Shown one piece after another: positions 41,348-51,689 of a stretch of DNA of 64,000 nt (position 1 is its first letter; every line of letters starts with the position of its first letter). Made by a program: the position numbers and the translations under genes. Source of the DNA: Abditibacterium sp. (GTDB lineage Bacteria > Armatimonadota > Abditibacteriia > Abditibacteriales > Abditibacteriaceae). The stretch covers positions 1,344,001 through 1,408,000 of the forward strand of contig CBDASK010000003.1 of assembly GCA_965199495.1 (NCBI GenBank). The letters run 5' to 3'. The notes under the pieces are model-generated. The model made no database searches. It worked only from the letters and a program-made list of their open reading frames with translations, and was not told the origin of the DNA.

Positions 41348-42780
41348 ACGATATTTCCCAATTGTCGGTCAACTCGCGTCTGACGTTCGACGTTTTGCAA
41401 TTTGGCGCCATTCCCGAAATATCGGCGCTCTGCTTTTCGCCCGATGGACGCTGGCTGTGCGGCATCTGCAAAGGTTTAGTTCGCATCTGGGCGATGCCGA
41501 GCGGCGAACTGGCACACGAATTTAACTCTGGCGGCCAAATCGCTTTCACGCCCAATAGTGATTTGGTTTGCATTTTCAACGGGCAAGATTTCTCCTTGAT
41601 GCGGATTTTGCGGCTGCCCGATGGTAAGTTAGTGCGCGAATTTGAAATTCACCGCGAGCCGATCTACACAATTACGGTGAGTCCCGACGGCTCGACAATC
41701 GCCGGAGGCGGTTATCAAAAAGCCTATTTATGGGACGTTGGAAGTGGGCAACAAACGCACTCTTTTCCGCTTCATCGTCGTGTGACGAATTTCATCGGTT
41801 TCGCTCCCAACGGCCAAAGTTTGGTAACGCGCAGCTATAATGATGCGGCGATTTGGTCACTCGATGGCGAGCTTCAAACAGCAATCGAACCGCTCGACGA
41901 AGGCTTTGGCGCCGTGGCTGCTTCGCCTCAAGGTGTCTTGGCCGTTACCAACAACAACGCGGTCGAACTGTGGAATTGGAAAGGCGAGAGATTGGCATAT
42001 ACCGAAACCGAGCATCGCTTGTATTCGGCGGCGTTCGATGCAACGGGGGAAGTTTTGGTGGTTGGTTCTTGCGAAAATGACATCACGATTTTCGATGTCG
42101 AAAGTTTGAAGATAACTCGCACTTTGAAAACTCCGCGACCTCATGTGCATAAATTAGCGTGGAGCGCGGATGGAACTTTGGCCGCCGTTTGCTATGGCGC
42201 CATCGAATTGTGGAGCGACCGCGCGATTGGCAAACCTTCGCCCAAAGCCGCCGCGCGCGCCGACGATGCGGAAATGACCGAGCGATTGGAACGCATTCGC
42301 GCCAAAATCGCAAAGCGGGGTTTAGGGCTTCTGCCGCCAGCCGAACTTTCGCAGGTAGAAGCCTTTGAAGCTGAATGGAAAATTACGCTGCCATTGGGGT
42401 TTCGGCGTTTCATCACTGAAATCGGCAACGGCGGCAATGGGCCACCCGCTTATGGTTTGGTTCGACTTCAAGAATCGGCCCAACTTTATAATCAAAGTTT
42501 GCAACCGCAAAAGCCTTTTCCTTTTACTGAAGATTTTATGTGGACAGACGAAGATGCGGCGAAATTCTACCCAGATGAGGGTTACCTCTATCTGGGCACA
42601 GATGGTTGCGCGATGGATTGGATATTGATTATTGAAGGAACTGAGCGGGGTCAAATCTGGCAAGTTACGGAGATGGGCGCGGTTGCGGTTGCGCCGCGCC
42701 GCGATCTTTTGAGTTGGTACGAGTATTGGATAGATGGCGGCGACGATTACTGGGAAATGTTTGGCGATGGCGCTGCATAA
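41344..42780 (+). CDS. WD40 beta-propeller fused to a C-terminal SMI1/KNR4 domain
   Basis: FSPDG/IW and LWD repeats, then VEAFEAEWKITLPLGFRRFITEIGNGG...GTDGC...GQIW. Confidence 0.82.
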   Translation: MNDISQLSVNSRLTFDVLQFGAIPEISALCFSPDGRWLCGICKGLVRIWAMPSGELAHEFNSGGQIAFTPNSDLVCIFNGQDFSLMRILRLPDGKLVREFEIHREPIYTITVSPDGSTIAGGGYQKAYLWDVGSGQQTHSFPLHRRVTNFIGFAPNGQSLVTRSYNDAAIWSLDGELQTAIEPLDEGFGAVAASPQGVLAVTNNNAVELWNWKGERLAYTETEHRLYSAAFDATGEVLVVGSCENDITIFDVESLKITRTLKTPRPHVHKLAWSADGTLAAVCYGAIELWSDRAIGKPSPKAAARADDAEMTERLERIRAKIAKRGLGLLPPAELSQVEAFEAEWKITLPLGFRRFITEIGNGGNGPPAYGLVRLQESAQLYNQSLQPQKPFPFTEDFMWTDEDAAKFYPDEGYLYLGTDGCAMDWILIIEGTERGQIWQVTEMGAVAVAPRRDLLSWYEYWIDGGDDYWEMFGDGAA

Positions 42781-42837
42781 GCTGGGCGACCAGATCGTAT
42801 TATGACCCGTCACAGCGCACCAGCCACGCCGCCCTTC

Positions 42838-43809
42838 TCACTGATGCGCCGCCGAAAACTTCTCGTGCAGGCGTCGCATAAACGCATCCTCAATGCCCAC
42901 GCGCTGTTTTAACAGTGCGCCTTTGGGCGAACCGGCGAACCATTTTAAATTGACGTATTCGCGGTCAACGGCGCCGAAACGATATTTGTATTCTTCGGCG
43001 CCGCGCAGAAAGTCGAACTCGGTCGCGCCTTCGGTTATGGCGTGGGCGAAAACGCGGCTAAATAGACAGGTGCCGACGCTCCATTTCATCAGTTCCGGCT
43101 CGAAGCCGCCGATGAAAAACCAGTATTTGCCACCCCAGAAATAACTCAACAAAACGCACGCCGGACGATTATCGCATTTGAGGCGCCACAAGCGCAGCCA
43201 ATCGTTGGCGAGAAATTTGTGACAAATCGTGCGATGAAAATTGCGGCGCGACGGCAACGCCAACACGCCGGTTTGCCCGCGCGCGCGCCAACGTCTGCCG
43301 TGCAGTTCGACCAATTGATTCCAAAATTCGTCAACTTGCGCGGGCGTTTGCGCCAGTTCATATTCGACTTTAAATTGCTTTTCTAATCTACGCGGGTATC
43401 GTTTAATTTGCTCGCGCATATTCTTGCCCAGCGATTTGACATATTCATCGAATGTATCGGGAAAAGTTAAAACCGGACAGACTTCGGCGGGTTCGATTTG
43501 CCAATCGTCGGCGCGCGCGCGTTCGACGAGGGGCGACGTGGCTGCTATTTGACTCAGAATGGCGCCAGCGCGTAGGCGCGACAATTTGAGCGTTGAATCC
43601 CAGAGTTCATCGAGCGCTTTGGGGTTTTCGATGCACGCGCCGCCGCAATCGGCGATGCCTTGCGCCCAAAACTCCAGACGCCGAATGCCCAAGCCACGCG
43701 TTTGTAACCAAATTCCGTCGCTTGCGGTTTCGATGGCGTGAAAACGCTTGCCGTTGCCGAACAATTTCGCGTAAACCTTGCGATATTCGGCGGTTTGAAA
43801 GACTGTCAT
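42838..43809 (-). CDS. GNAT acetyltransferase (CelD/BcsL-like, Acetyltransf_6)
   Basis: TFDEYVKSLGKNMR, LHGRRW and FDFLRGAEEYKYRFG. Confidence 0.82.
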   Translation of the reverse strand: MTVFQTAEYRKVYAKLFGNGKRFHAIETASDGIWLQTRGLGIRRLEFWAQGIADCGGACIENPKALDELWDSTLKLSRLRAGAILSQIAATSPLVERARADDWQIEPAEVCPVLTFPDTFDEYVKSLGKNMREQIKRYPRRLEKQFKVEYELAQTPAQVDEFWNQLVELHGRRWRARGQTGVLALPSRRNFHRTICHKFLANDWLRLWRLKCDNRPACVLLSYFWGGKYWFFIGGFEPELMKWSVGTCLFSRVFAHAITEGATEFDFLRGAEEYKYRFGAVDREYVNLKWFAGSPKGALLKQRVGIEDAFMRRLHEKFSAAHQ

Positions 43810-44753
43810 GCGGCCTCCGTTGCGGCGGCTTTGGCCGCTTGCGCATCGCGAATCGTCGCGCCGACTTCAGCGCCCAACAACACGATCATCGAAGCGTAAT
43901 AAATCCACAGCATCGTGACGACGACGCCAGCCACGCTGCCATAAGCGGCTTCGTAGCGCGTGACGTTGCCCAGAAATCGGCCAAACGCCCATTTGCCGAT
44001 TTCCCAGCCCAACGCGCCGACCAACGACGAAGTCAGCAAAGTGCGACTGCGCGGCGCGACTTTGCGGTTGGGCGTGAAGCGATAAAGCAAATAAAACATC
44101 AGAAAAGTGATGGCGTAACCGGCGAATTTGCCCAGTAAATTGTAGACGACGGGCGCGCGATTGATCCAAAAATCGGGCAAACGTTCGCCCATAGTTTGCA
44201 ACAATGACAAACCAAAAGTGACGCCGGACGAAAGCAAAAAGAGCAGGCCAGCGCCAAAAAGCAAACCCCACAGCGTCAGTTGGTGCGACAAAAACGAGCG
44301 CGGTTGCGCGCCGGGAAAGATGCGATTGAGCACGGTCGCCAAAACATCGAAATAGGCGCGCCCGGCCCACAACAGCGAAATCAGCGCGAAAATCGAAGTG
44401 CGCGTGACGTGCGGATTGGCGGCGATGGAAGTCACGCCGCGCTCGATTTCGCGCGATAAATTGGCGCCCGCCGCGCCCGGAAAAAACGAGGCGACGAAAC
44501 CAGAAAAATCGGCCAAAGCCGTTTTATCACCCGCCAACGAACGCGCCAACAAAGTCACGCCCGCGAGGGCGAGCGGGAACATCGAAAGCAAGCCGAAAAA
44601 CGCGAGGGCCGCCGCCATTAACGGGCAGGCGTCGTCGCCCCAACGATTGGCGAGGCGAAAACCGAAAGTAACGGGCACGCGCAAAAACGGGACTTTATCG
44701 AGAATCGTTTCGACAAAATCGGGCAGTTCGAGCGGCGAAGCGGAAGCAACCAT
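43806..44753 (-). CDS. YihY/BrkB-family membrane protein
   Basis: AAALAFFGLLSMFP and YGSVAGVVVTMLWIYY...LLGAE. Confidence 0.9.
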   Translation of the reverse strand: MVASASPLELPDFVETILDKVPFLRVPVTFGFRLANRWGDDACPLMAAALAFFGLLSMFPLALAGVTLLARSLAGDKTALADFSGFVASFFPGAAGANLSREIERGVTSIAANPHVTRTSIFALISLLWAGRAYFDVLATVLNRIFPGAQPRSFLSHQLTLWGLLFGAGLLFLLSSGVTFGLSLLQTMGERLPDFWINRAPVVYNLLGKFAGYAITFLMFYLLYRFTPNRKVAPRSRTLLTSSLVGALGWEIGKWAFGRFLGNVTRYEAAYGSVAGVVVTMLWIYYASMIVLLGAEVGATIRDAQAAKAAATEAA

Positions 44754-44773
44754 CGCTTTCAGTTTGACTGTTC

Positions 44774-44879
44774 AGGAGCAAGGGACAAGGAGCAGGGAAC
44801 AAGGAGTAGGAACGAGATATTTCACAAATAAACAGAATTGGTGGAAGGTGCTGTCCCTTGTTCCCTGCTCCTTGCTCCA
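44774..44879. repeat. Inverted element made of 7-nt AGGAGCA/AGGGACA units
   Basis: AGGAGCA AGGGACA AGGAGCA GGGAACA AGGAGTA ... TGTCCCT TGTTCCC TGCTCCT TGCTCC. Confidence 0.75.
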
Positions 44880-44882
44880 CTT

Positions 44883-46103
44883 TTACGGATGAGCCAGATA
44901 ATAATCGCGCGACAAACGAACTTGTTTGCCGTTCACAATTTTATAGGCTTCTGAGCGCATGCCGCCTGTGCGCGATAAAACGCGCGAAGTGACTTTCACT
45001 GCCGGACTGGATTTGGGTTTTTCGCCCCAGATTTTCGCGACGAATTTGCCGCCGCTGACTTTGGTTTCGACTTTGATCGCGCCGCCGGTATCGTTGCGAA
45101 ACTTGAAATCTTTCTGGCCCCACAACAACGCCGCGTCCTGCGACGGCGGCACATACGTCACGCGCATCGAGTGCGGATGGCGCTCGACAATCGGCAAATC
45201 GGCCAACAATGTCGCGTTATAAAGCGTTGAAGACGCCTGACAAATTCCGGAGCCGGTGCCCGAAACGACCTGACCATTCATAAACATTCCGGCCTCGCGC
45301 CAGCCCGCCGCCGCATTGCGCGGGCCGATGGTTTGGTTGGTCGAAAACACCGCGCCCGGCGCCACAATCGTGCCGTTGATATGGCTGGCCGCCATCTTCA
45401 AATTGGTGGTGCGACCGCGCAAACCCGCGTTATAGGAAGTCGAGAAATCAGCCAGTAAATAGGGGAATTTGCCACTGCCCGCCTTCGCCGTGGCTGCTTC
45501 GTCGGGCTTGTCGGTTTTGATGATTGGATCGGGCGCCGATTTGAACGGAATGGTCAACATTTCGGCGAACGGCTTGGGCTGGCCTTCCAAAGCCAAGCGC
45601 ACGCGCACCGCGCTGCCGCCGACGTTGAGCGCTTTGTCCTCGAAATCCTGTTTGACCTGAGAATTGAGCAAATTCAATTCGCGCGTCACTTTTTTGGTAT
45701 CCACGTCCAAACGCAACGCCGCCGCGCCGGTTTTGCGCGCGGCGTCGAACATCGAATCAGTATCAATCGAGGCACCCAATTCGGCGCGCGTGTAGGTGTA
45801 TTGATAATCGCCGATGACCAGACGAATCGGTTCTTTGAGCTGCGGTTCGAGCGCCGCGCGCAATTTAGCCGTCGCCTGCGCCCGCGACAAACCGGCGATG
45901 TCTACGCCCGCCGCCAACAAGGTATTTTGCGAAGCCGAACTTGCGGAAGCTGAAGGCGCGGGCGCGGGCGTGACCGAAGTCGTCTGATGGCGTACCGGTT
46001 CGCCGATAATCAGCGGCGAATCTGTTTGCTGCGCGTGCGCAATGTCGGTGGCCGAAGCCACCGCACCAAGCGCGAAAATTGCCAGAATGAAACGAGAGTT
46101 CAT
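44883..46103 (-). CDS. VanW-family exported protein
   Basis: Signal peptide, RTTNLKMAA, GSGICQASSTLYNA, ERHPHS and DFKFRN. Confidence 0.9.
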   Translation of the reverse strand: MNSRFILAIFALGAVASATDIAHAQQTDSPLIIGEPVRHQTTSVTPAPAPSASASSASQNTLLAAGVDIAGLSRAQATAKLRAALEPQLKEPIRLVIGDYQYTYTRAELGASIDTDSMFDAARKTGAAALRLDVDTKKVTRELNLLNSQVKQDFEDKALNVGGSAVRVRLALEGQPKPFAEMLTIPFKSAPDPIIKTDKPDEAATAKAGSGKFPYLLADFSTSYNAGLRGRTTNLKMAASHINGTIVAPGAVFSTNQTIGPRNAAAGWREAGMFMNGQVVSGTGSGICQASSTLYNATLLADLPIVERHPHSMRVTYVPPSQDAALLWGQKDFKFRNDTGGAIKVETKVSGGKFVAKIWGEKPKSSPAVKVTSRVLSRTGGMRSEAYKIVNGKQVRLSRDYYLAHP

Positions 46104-46157
46104 AACGATTAGTGTGACAACCCAACGGCGTTTGGGTTGCTTTGGGCGCGCTATAAC

Positions 46158-46940
46158 TCAACTTTCGACGGCAACTGCGATGTCCAACGCATAAATTTCG
46201 CTCGGCGCCAGCGTGACTGCGTCATCGGCGATGGCGCCGCATTCGACGCAAATATAACGCTCCCAATCGTCGGCGCCCAAATCGTTCATTTGCCCGGCGG
46301 CTTTTTGCCACGGATTCCACACCACCGTCGAGCGCCAACCCGATTGGCCCGTAATGTGAACGGTGCGCGCGCCGTCGCGAATCTGAATCGGGCCGGGCGC
46401 ATCCAGATAAACGCGGTCGGTTTCGCCATGCAAAAGGACGGCACCGTTTTGCGATTTGCGCGCGTAATTTTCGGTTTTATCGAGATAAGTTTTGCCATTT
46501 AATCCCTCGACGATCACGTTTCGCACGTCTTCGACCGCGAAATAAGTGTGCAAAGCGCACTCGAATTTTTGTTCGTAATCGCGCTGGTTTTCGATTTCCA
46601 AACGCATCTGCAATTGCTCGCCAAAACCGAACTTCATCTGCACGCCCCAACCGCGCGATGGCACGGAAAGCGTGACGGCATCGTCCGCGACGTTTTCGAT
46701 TTGCCAGATCGCAGTGCGCGCCCAGCCGTGTTGCGGCAAATTCGCGTCGGTTTGGTTAGGGCCAAACCACGGAAAAATGACCGGCACGCCGCCGCGAATC
46801 GCGCGGCCCGCCGCAAAATTCGAGGTTTTCGACAAAAACAGCCAATCGCGAAAACGCGTCAGGTGCGCGCCCTGCAAATAAATATCGGCATCGGGGCAGC
46901 GCAGCAATTCGAGTCCGCCATGTTGAAGATTTTCAAACAT
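46158..46940 (-). CDS. D-hexose-6-phosphate mutarotase (aldose 1-epimerase family)
   Basis: IRGGVPVIFPWFG, HGWAR, ALHTYF and VVWNPW. Confidence 0.9.
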   Translation of the reverse strand: MFENLQHGGLELLRCPDADIYLQGAHLTRFRDWLFLSKTSNFAAGRAIRGGVPVIFPWFGPNQTDANLPQHGWARTAIWQIENVADDAVTLSVPSRGWGVQMKFGFGEQLQMRLEIENQRDYEQKFECALHTYFAVEDVRNVIVEGLNGKTYLDKTENYARKSQNGAVLLHGETDRVYLDAPGPIQIRDGARTVHITGQSGWRSTVVWNPWQKAAGQMNDLGADDWERYICVECGAIADDAVTLAPSEIYALDIAVAVES

Positions 46941-46990
46941 CGGTATTGAGGATAATTCAAACTCACTGCGCCAGTCATTTCCCTTCCATT

Positions 46991-47854
46991 ATGAAAATCG
47001 TATCGCTGATTCCTTCGGGCACCGACATCGCCGCCGCATTGGGTCTGGGCGCGCAAATCGTCGGCGTGTCGCACGAGTGCGATCACGCGTGCGCGGCGGG
47101 TTTACCCGTCGTCACGCGCTCGGTCATTGATTCGACTTTGCCGCCCGCGCAAATTGACGCCGACGTGAATAACGCCGTCGCGGCGGGCGAAAGTTTATAT
47201 CTCACCAATCGGGAATTGCTGCGAAAATTGGCGCCCGACGTGGTTTTGACGCAAACGATTTGCGATGTCTGCGCCGTCAACAGCCAAACCGCGACGCGCG
47301 ATTTGCCGCCGGGCGCCGATTTAATCAATTTGTCGGCGATTTCGATTGACGGTTTATGGGCCGACATCCGCGCCGTGGCAACAGCCACCGGCACCGACGG
47401 CGAACCGTTAATCGCGCAATTGCAGGCGCGATTAGAAAAAGTGCGAGCGCGTGCTGCGGACAAACCGCGCCCGCGCGCCTTGGTTTTGGAATGGAGCGAT
47501 CCGCCATTTCTGGGCGGACACTGGGTGCCCGAAATGATCGAAATCGCCGGAGCGACGCACGTTTTGAGCGGCGCCAGCGAACCGTCAAGGCGCGCGACAT
47601 GGGACGAAATCGCCGCATCGAAACCGGAATTCGTGATATTGGCGCCGTGCGGCTACGATTTAACTCAAACAATGGAACAGGGCCGCGAACTGTTGCCGCG
47701 CCTCAAACAAATCGGCGCGCGCGAAGTGTGGGCGACGAACGCGACGGCGTTGTTCTCGCGTTGCACGCCCGCGACAATTCGCGGCATCGAAGTTTTGGCG
47801 AGCATTTTTCACGGCGCGTTTGAAATTGAGAAATCGGAAGCGCGGCGTTTATAG
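46991..47854 (+). CDS. BtuF-like cobalamin/iron ABC substrate-binding family protein (no signal peptide)
   Basis: IVSLIPSGT, VGVSHECD, TQTICDVCAV, GHWVPEMI and APCG. Confidence 0.8.
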   Translation: MKIVSLIPSGTDIAAALGLGAQIVGVSHECDHACAAGLPVVTRSVIDSTLPPAQIDADVNNAVAAGESLYLTNRELLRKLAPDVVLTQTICDVCAVNSQTATRDLPPGADLINLSAISIDGLWADIRAVATATGTDGEPLIAQLQARLEKVRARAADKPRPRALVLEWSDPPFLGGHWVPEMIEIAGATHVLSGASEPSRRATWDEIAASKPEFVILAPCGYDLTQTMEQGRELLPRLKQIGAREVWATNATALFSRCTPATIRGIEVLASIFHGAFEIEKSEARRL

Positions 47855-47861
47855 TGACGAT

Positions 47862-48416
47862 TCAACTCAAAACTAAGCGCAATTCCAAAGACAAGCCCGG
47901 CAACAACGCGCTTTCCAATTTATCATCGGCGCTCAGGGCGCGTGGCTCGTTGTTAGGCGTGTAAACGGTGAGAATTTGGCGGCGCGGATTCAGTTCCCAG
48001 ACTTCGCGCGCGCCGACTTCGAGCCACAACTCGATTTTGGCGGCGACTTCGCGCGCCGTATCGCCGGGACTACGCGTTTCCAAAACCAAGTCAGGCACGA
48101 CTGGCATGAAGCCTTTGGGAATCGGATAAATCACGCGCGCTTTGGTGATAAACGCGTAATCGGGCGCCAGAATGGTGCGCGGATTTTCTTCGACGATAAA
48201 TCCTGTTTCAGAAGTAAACCCTTTGCCCAAATCGTTGGCCAAAACGTGACCATGAACAAGAGCGACCAAATCGACTGTAACATTGCCGTGATCGGCTCCT
48301 GCTGGTATCATCAGTTTGAGTTCGCCGCGAATCAATTCGTAGCTTTGTCCGTTCGCGTTCAAACGTTCGTAATCGGCATCGCTGTAAAGTTCGGGTTCGA
48401 TAAAAATAGCGCTCAT
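47862..48416 (-). CDS. Uma2-family (DUF820) endonuclease-fold protein
   Basis: YELIRGEL, APDYAF and VPDLVLETRSPGD. Confidence 0.88.
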   Translation of the reverse strand: MSAIFIEPELYSDADYERLNANGQSYELIRGELKLMIPAGADHGNVTVDLVALVHGHVLANDLGKGFTSETGFIVEENPRTILAPDYAFITKARVIYPIPKGFMPVVPDLVLETRSPGDTAREVAAKIELWLEVGAREVWELNPRRQILTVYTPNNEPRALSADDKLESALLPGLSLELRLVLS

Positions 48417-48432
48417 GCTTCTATTTTGACAC

Positions 48433-48474
48433 AAAACAAAAACCGCAGCGAATTCGCTGCGATTTTCTTGTTTG
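48433..48474. terminator. Terminator downstream of cpaE
   Basis: AAAACAAAAAC-CGCAGCGAATTCGCTGCG-ATTTTCTTGTTTG. Confidence 0.6.
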
Positions 48475-48483
48475 CTTTGGATT

Positions 48484-49719
48484 TTACTTGAACCACTTTT
48501 TCAACAAGCCGCCTTGCCCGTTGTTCGATTCGTTGAAAACAATTGGCTCGCGGCCCAGCAGTTCGAGCGCCAGATTGTTGATGCGTCTGGCAATCGTGGT
48601 GCTTTCGTTGTGCAAAACGAAAGGTTTGCCTTCGTTGATCGAAGTTACCACGATTTTGCCGTCGGACGGAATGCGCGCGCGCATTTGCACGCCTAAAACG
48701 TTTTCCACATCTTCCAGCGAAATGCCGACATCCGAATTGGCGCGATTGAGCACGACCTGAATTTTTTCGGCCTCGTAAAGTTGGCGCAACATCTCCAACG
48801 CGGTGCGCGTTTTGTGCAGCGCCAGCAAGTCGAGCGAAGTCAAAAGCAGAATCGTTTTGGCGCTGTCCAACACGGCCAACGTGGTGTCTTGCAACTGCGA
48901 GGGCGTGTCCACGATGATATAATCGTAGCTTTCGCGCAACGTTTCCATGACTTGCTCAACCGTGTAAACAGTAATGGATTCGGCGTATTGCGGCGTCGAG
49001 GGCGCGACCAAAATTTTGAGGCCGCTTTCGGGGTGGAGCGTGAGATATTGCTCCAGAAGTTCGCCATCAATGCCGCCGTGGCCCTTCTGCGCCAGACCGG
49101 CGATGGTATTTTTGGGCGCCAGATTCAGCATCAAATCAATGTCGCCGAATTGCAAATTGAGGTCAACTAACACCACGCGCGGCATTTGGCCGTCTTCGCC
49201 CGTCGCGCGCGCCATAGCCACGGCGAGGTTGGCCGACAGCATGGATTTGCCCGCGCCGCCTTGGGGCGAGTAAACCGCGATGATTTCGCCCAGCGCGCGC
49301 TTGGCGTCGAGATTGGGCTGGGCGCTGACTTTGGCTTCGCGCTGTTTGGTGTTGGTCTGGTGAACGCTGCGAATCGTCGAAATCAGATCGTCGGGCGCGA
49401 CCGGGCGCATGATGCAATCGCGCGCGCCCGCCCGCATCAGGCGCCGCATCAGTTCCATGTCAGCGCCTTCGATTAAAACGATGACCGCCGTATCGGGAGA
49501 AGCGGTCGTGATTTGATCTATGACATGCGTCGAATCGGCGCTCAAAATGGCGCTGTCGAGCAAAACGACTTCGGGAGATAATTGGCGCGCTAAATCAACG
49601 GTTTGGCGGCCATCGGAGGCCTCGCCCACAATTTCCAGACCCCGGTCGCGCTCCAGTTGGAGCGCCAACCCTTGGCGCGATGTTGGTTTAGCGTCGGCGA
49701 GGATAATAGAAATAGCCAT
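48484..49719 (-). CDS. CpaE/TadZ-like receiver plus MinD-type ATPase
   Basis: Atypical REC domain, SPQGGAGKS, VDLNLQFGD and IVDTP. Confidence 0.85.
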   Translation of the reverse strand: MAISIILADAKPTSRQGLALQLERDRGLEIVGEASDGRQTVDLARQLSPEVVLLDSAILSADSTHVIDQITTASPDTAVIVLIEGADMELMRRLMRAGARDCIMRPVAPDDLISTIRSVHQTNTKQREAKVSAQPNLDAKRALGEIIAVYSPQGGAGKSMLSANLAVAMARATGEDGQMPRVVLVDLNLQFGDIDLMLNLAPKNTIAGLAQKGHGGIDGELLEQYLTLHPESGLKILVAPSTPQYAESITVYTVEQVMETLRESYDYIIVDTPSQLQDTTLAVLDSAKTILLLTSLDLLALHKTRTALEMLRQLYEAEKIQVVLNRANSDVGISLEDVENVLGVQMRARIPSDGKIVVTSINEGKPFVLHNESTTIARRINNLALELLGREPIVFNESNNGQGGLLKKWFK

Positions 49720-49945
49720 GCGGAAAGATTTCAACGAACGGTCTTGAGTGACTCGTCCAAAAGAGAATGCCAGAGTTCAAGCAACAAAAATGCCCTTTTA
49801 CTCAAAGGGTTGAGGGTATTGGTAATTTGCCAACTTATAAGTTTAAGCGTTATTGATGATATAGGCGATGATTTATAAGTTGAAATTTGTAATTGGAGTT
49901 GCAAAGCGCCCTCAAACACCGTTCCAGCGGCAAGTTGGCTTCAAC

Positions 49946-49981
49946 AAAAAAGCCCGTTGCAACTTTGCAACGGGCTTTTTT
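49946..49981. terminator. Bidirectional intrinsic terminator after ndh
   Basis: AAAAAAGCCCGTTGCAA-CT-TTGCAACGGGCTTTTTT. Confidence 0.85.
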
Positions 49982-49993
49982 GAAGTCAGCGAT

Positions 49994-51322
49994 TTATTTG
50001 TCGCCGACCAAATCTTTGGTTTTGTGATCGCGGCGCCCGACCAGAACGCGCGCGCCCCGGTCGTGGCCGACGAAGTTCCAAAACCAGCTTCCAATCGCGG
50101 CCAGACGGTTGCGCCAACCGGCCAGAAACATGACGTGAACGGCCAGCCACATCAGCCAACCGGGAAATTTGGTGATGCCGGTTCCCATGCGGATTTTGGC
50201 GGGTTTGTCCGCCGCCACAATCGCCGCGCCGCGCCCGATAATCGCCATCGAACCTTTGTCGTAATACGAAAACTTCGACGGCACGCCGCCACTGGCCAGC
50301 GTCAAAACGTTGGTCGAAGCCTGCGCCGCCATCTGAATCGCCACCTGCGCGACCTGCGGATAAGCCATCACGCGGTCGCCCCATTTGTAACCTTCGAGAT
50401 AGGCCATATCGCCGACCACGAAAACTTCGGGATGATCGGGCAAATTCAATTCTTCGTTGACCGGCACGCGAAAACCGCGCTGCAATTCCAGACCGAGATG
50501 GTCGCTGAGCAAAGCGCCGCGCACGCCCGCCGCCCAGATGACCGTGCCCGCCGCCAGCGTCTTGCCGTCTTTGAACTCGACGACGTTGTTTTCGACGCTA
50601 CCGACCGCCGAGTTGAGCATGATTTCGACGCCGCGCTTTTCCAACTCTTTCGCCGTGGCTTTCACCAGGTCGGGCGTGTTGCTAAAGGGCAACATGATGT
50701 TGCCCATCGCCTCGATAAGACAAACGCGCGCGTCTTTCATGTTGAGGCTGGGATAATCTTTCTGGAAGTTATCCTTGATCAACTCGCGAAAACCGCCCGC
50801 CAACTCGACGCCGGTCGGGCCGCCGCCGACGATGGCGATGGTCATCAACTGTTTGCGCTTTTCCGGGTCGGTTTCGGTCTGCGCCTTCTCGAAGCACTCC
50901 AAAACGTGATTGCGAATCTCTTCGGCCTGATCCACATCTTTCATCGAAAACGTCGTTTCGGCCAGACGGTCGTTGCCAAAGTAAAACTGTGCGCTGCCCG
51001 CCGCCAGAATCAGATAATCGTAATCAATTGGCTTGCCGTTGGCGATGTTGACCTGTTTTTGCGCCCAGTTCACGCCGGTCACGTCGGCCAATTGAAAATC
51101 AATGTTCTTGTAGGGATGAATGACTTTGCGAATCGGATAGGCGATGAGTTCCGAGTTGAGCGCGCCCGTCGCGACTTGATAAAGCAGCGGCCAGAAACCG
51201 TGATAGTTGTTGCGATCAACGACCAAAACGTCAATCGCCTTGTTGCCGAGCGTGCGAATCGCCGATATTCCGCCAAATCCGGCGCCCACAATGACCACTC
51301 TGGGTCGTCCATTTTTTGCCAT
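49994..51322 (-). CDS. ndh: Type II NADH dehydrogenase
   Basis: VVIVGAGFGG, PLLYQVATG, IVGGGPTGVELAG and DKGSMAIIGR. AGGAG RBS. Confidence 0.93.
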   Translation of the reverse strand: MAKNGRPRVVIVGAGFGGISAIRTLGNKAIDVLVVDRNNYHGFWPLLYQVATGALNSELIAYPIRKVIHPYKNIDFQLADVTGVNWAQKQVNIANGKPIDYDYLILAAGSAQFYFGNDRLAETTFSMKDVDQAEEIRNHVLECFEKAQTETDPEKRKQLMTIAIVGGGPTGVELAGGFRELIKDNFQKDYPSLNMKDARVCLIEAMGNIMLPFSNTPDLVKATAKELEKRGVEIMLNSAVGSVENNVVEFKDGKTLAAGTVIWAAGVRGALLSDHLGLELQRGFRVPVNEELNLPDHPEVFVVGDMAYLEGYKWGDRVMAYPQVAQVAIQMAAQASTNVLTLASGGVPSKFSYYDKGSMAIIGRGAAIVAADKPAKIRMGTGITKFPGWLMWLAVHVMFLAGWRNRLAAIGSWFWNFVGHDRGARVLVGRRDHKTKDLVGDK

Positions 51323-51410
51323 GTTCGTGTTAAATCTCCTGTTTACTATCGCGTCACCAGCTCTCACCGAGGGAAATCGCCGCCATCGCGAACCGCCGAA
51401 TTTTTCGACA

Positions 51411-51428
51411 TTGTGAACTTTATCACAA
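51411..51428. promoter_or_regulatory. Rex operator
   Basis: TTGTGAACTTTATCACAA matches the Rex consensus TTGTGAA-N4-TTCACAA with 1 mismatch, about 90 bp upstream of ndh. Confidence 0.75.
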
Positions 51429-51689
51429 AGTCGGCCTTGTGGCGCGCAAGAAAGTTCAAAGCGGAGTTTGTTATGATAATTCTTTATTTCCACTGACTTA
51501 TAAAGCCTCTCAATGAGCGAGAAATTAAAACGCTTTTCTCGCTTGACCGCGTTAAACTTTCAGTTTCTGCGTGCTGCGTGAAATCTCCGCGCCCTTCTCT
51601 CCTTTCCGCCCTTGGAGTTTGCATCGGCCAAGCTCAAGCACTTTGGCATTTTCCGTGAATTTTAATCTCTGAACCCAAATTTTCTCATT

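Noticed and set aside
47862..48416. Uma2 protein as a restriction or defence system
   Set aside because: Solitary member of a commonly expanded family, with no methylase or defence neighbours.
49810..49916. Degenerate inverted repeat (CAACTTATAA/TTATAAGTTG, TTGAGGG/CCCTCAA) upstream of cpaE
   Set aside because: Too decayed to assign as either an element or an operator.
51335..51400. Fluoride-riboswitch-like words (GCGATGGCG...GCTGGTGACGC) in the ndh leader
   Set aside because: The required pseudoknot pairing is not satisfied and the gene context does not fit. An Infernal search would settle it.
49868..51496. 542-aa plus-strand ORF
   Set aside because: Antisense shadow of ndh with no recognisable motifs, as expected from GC-rich codon bias.
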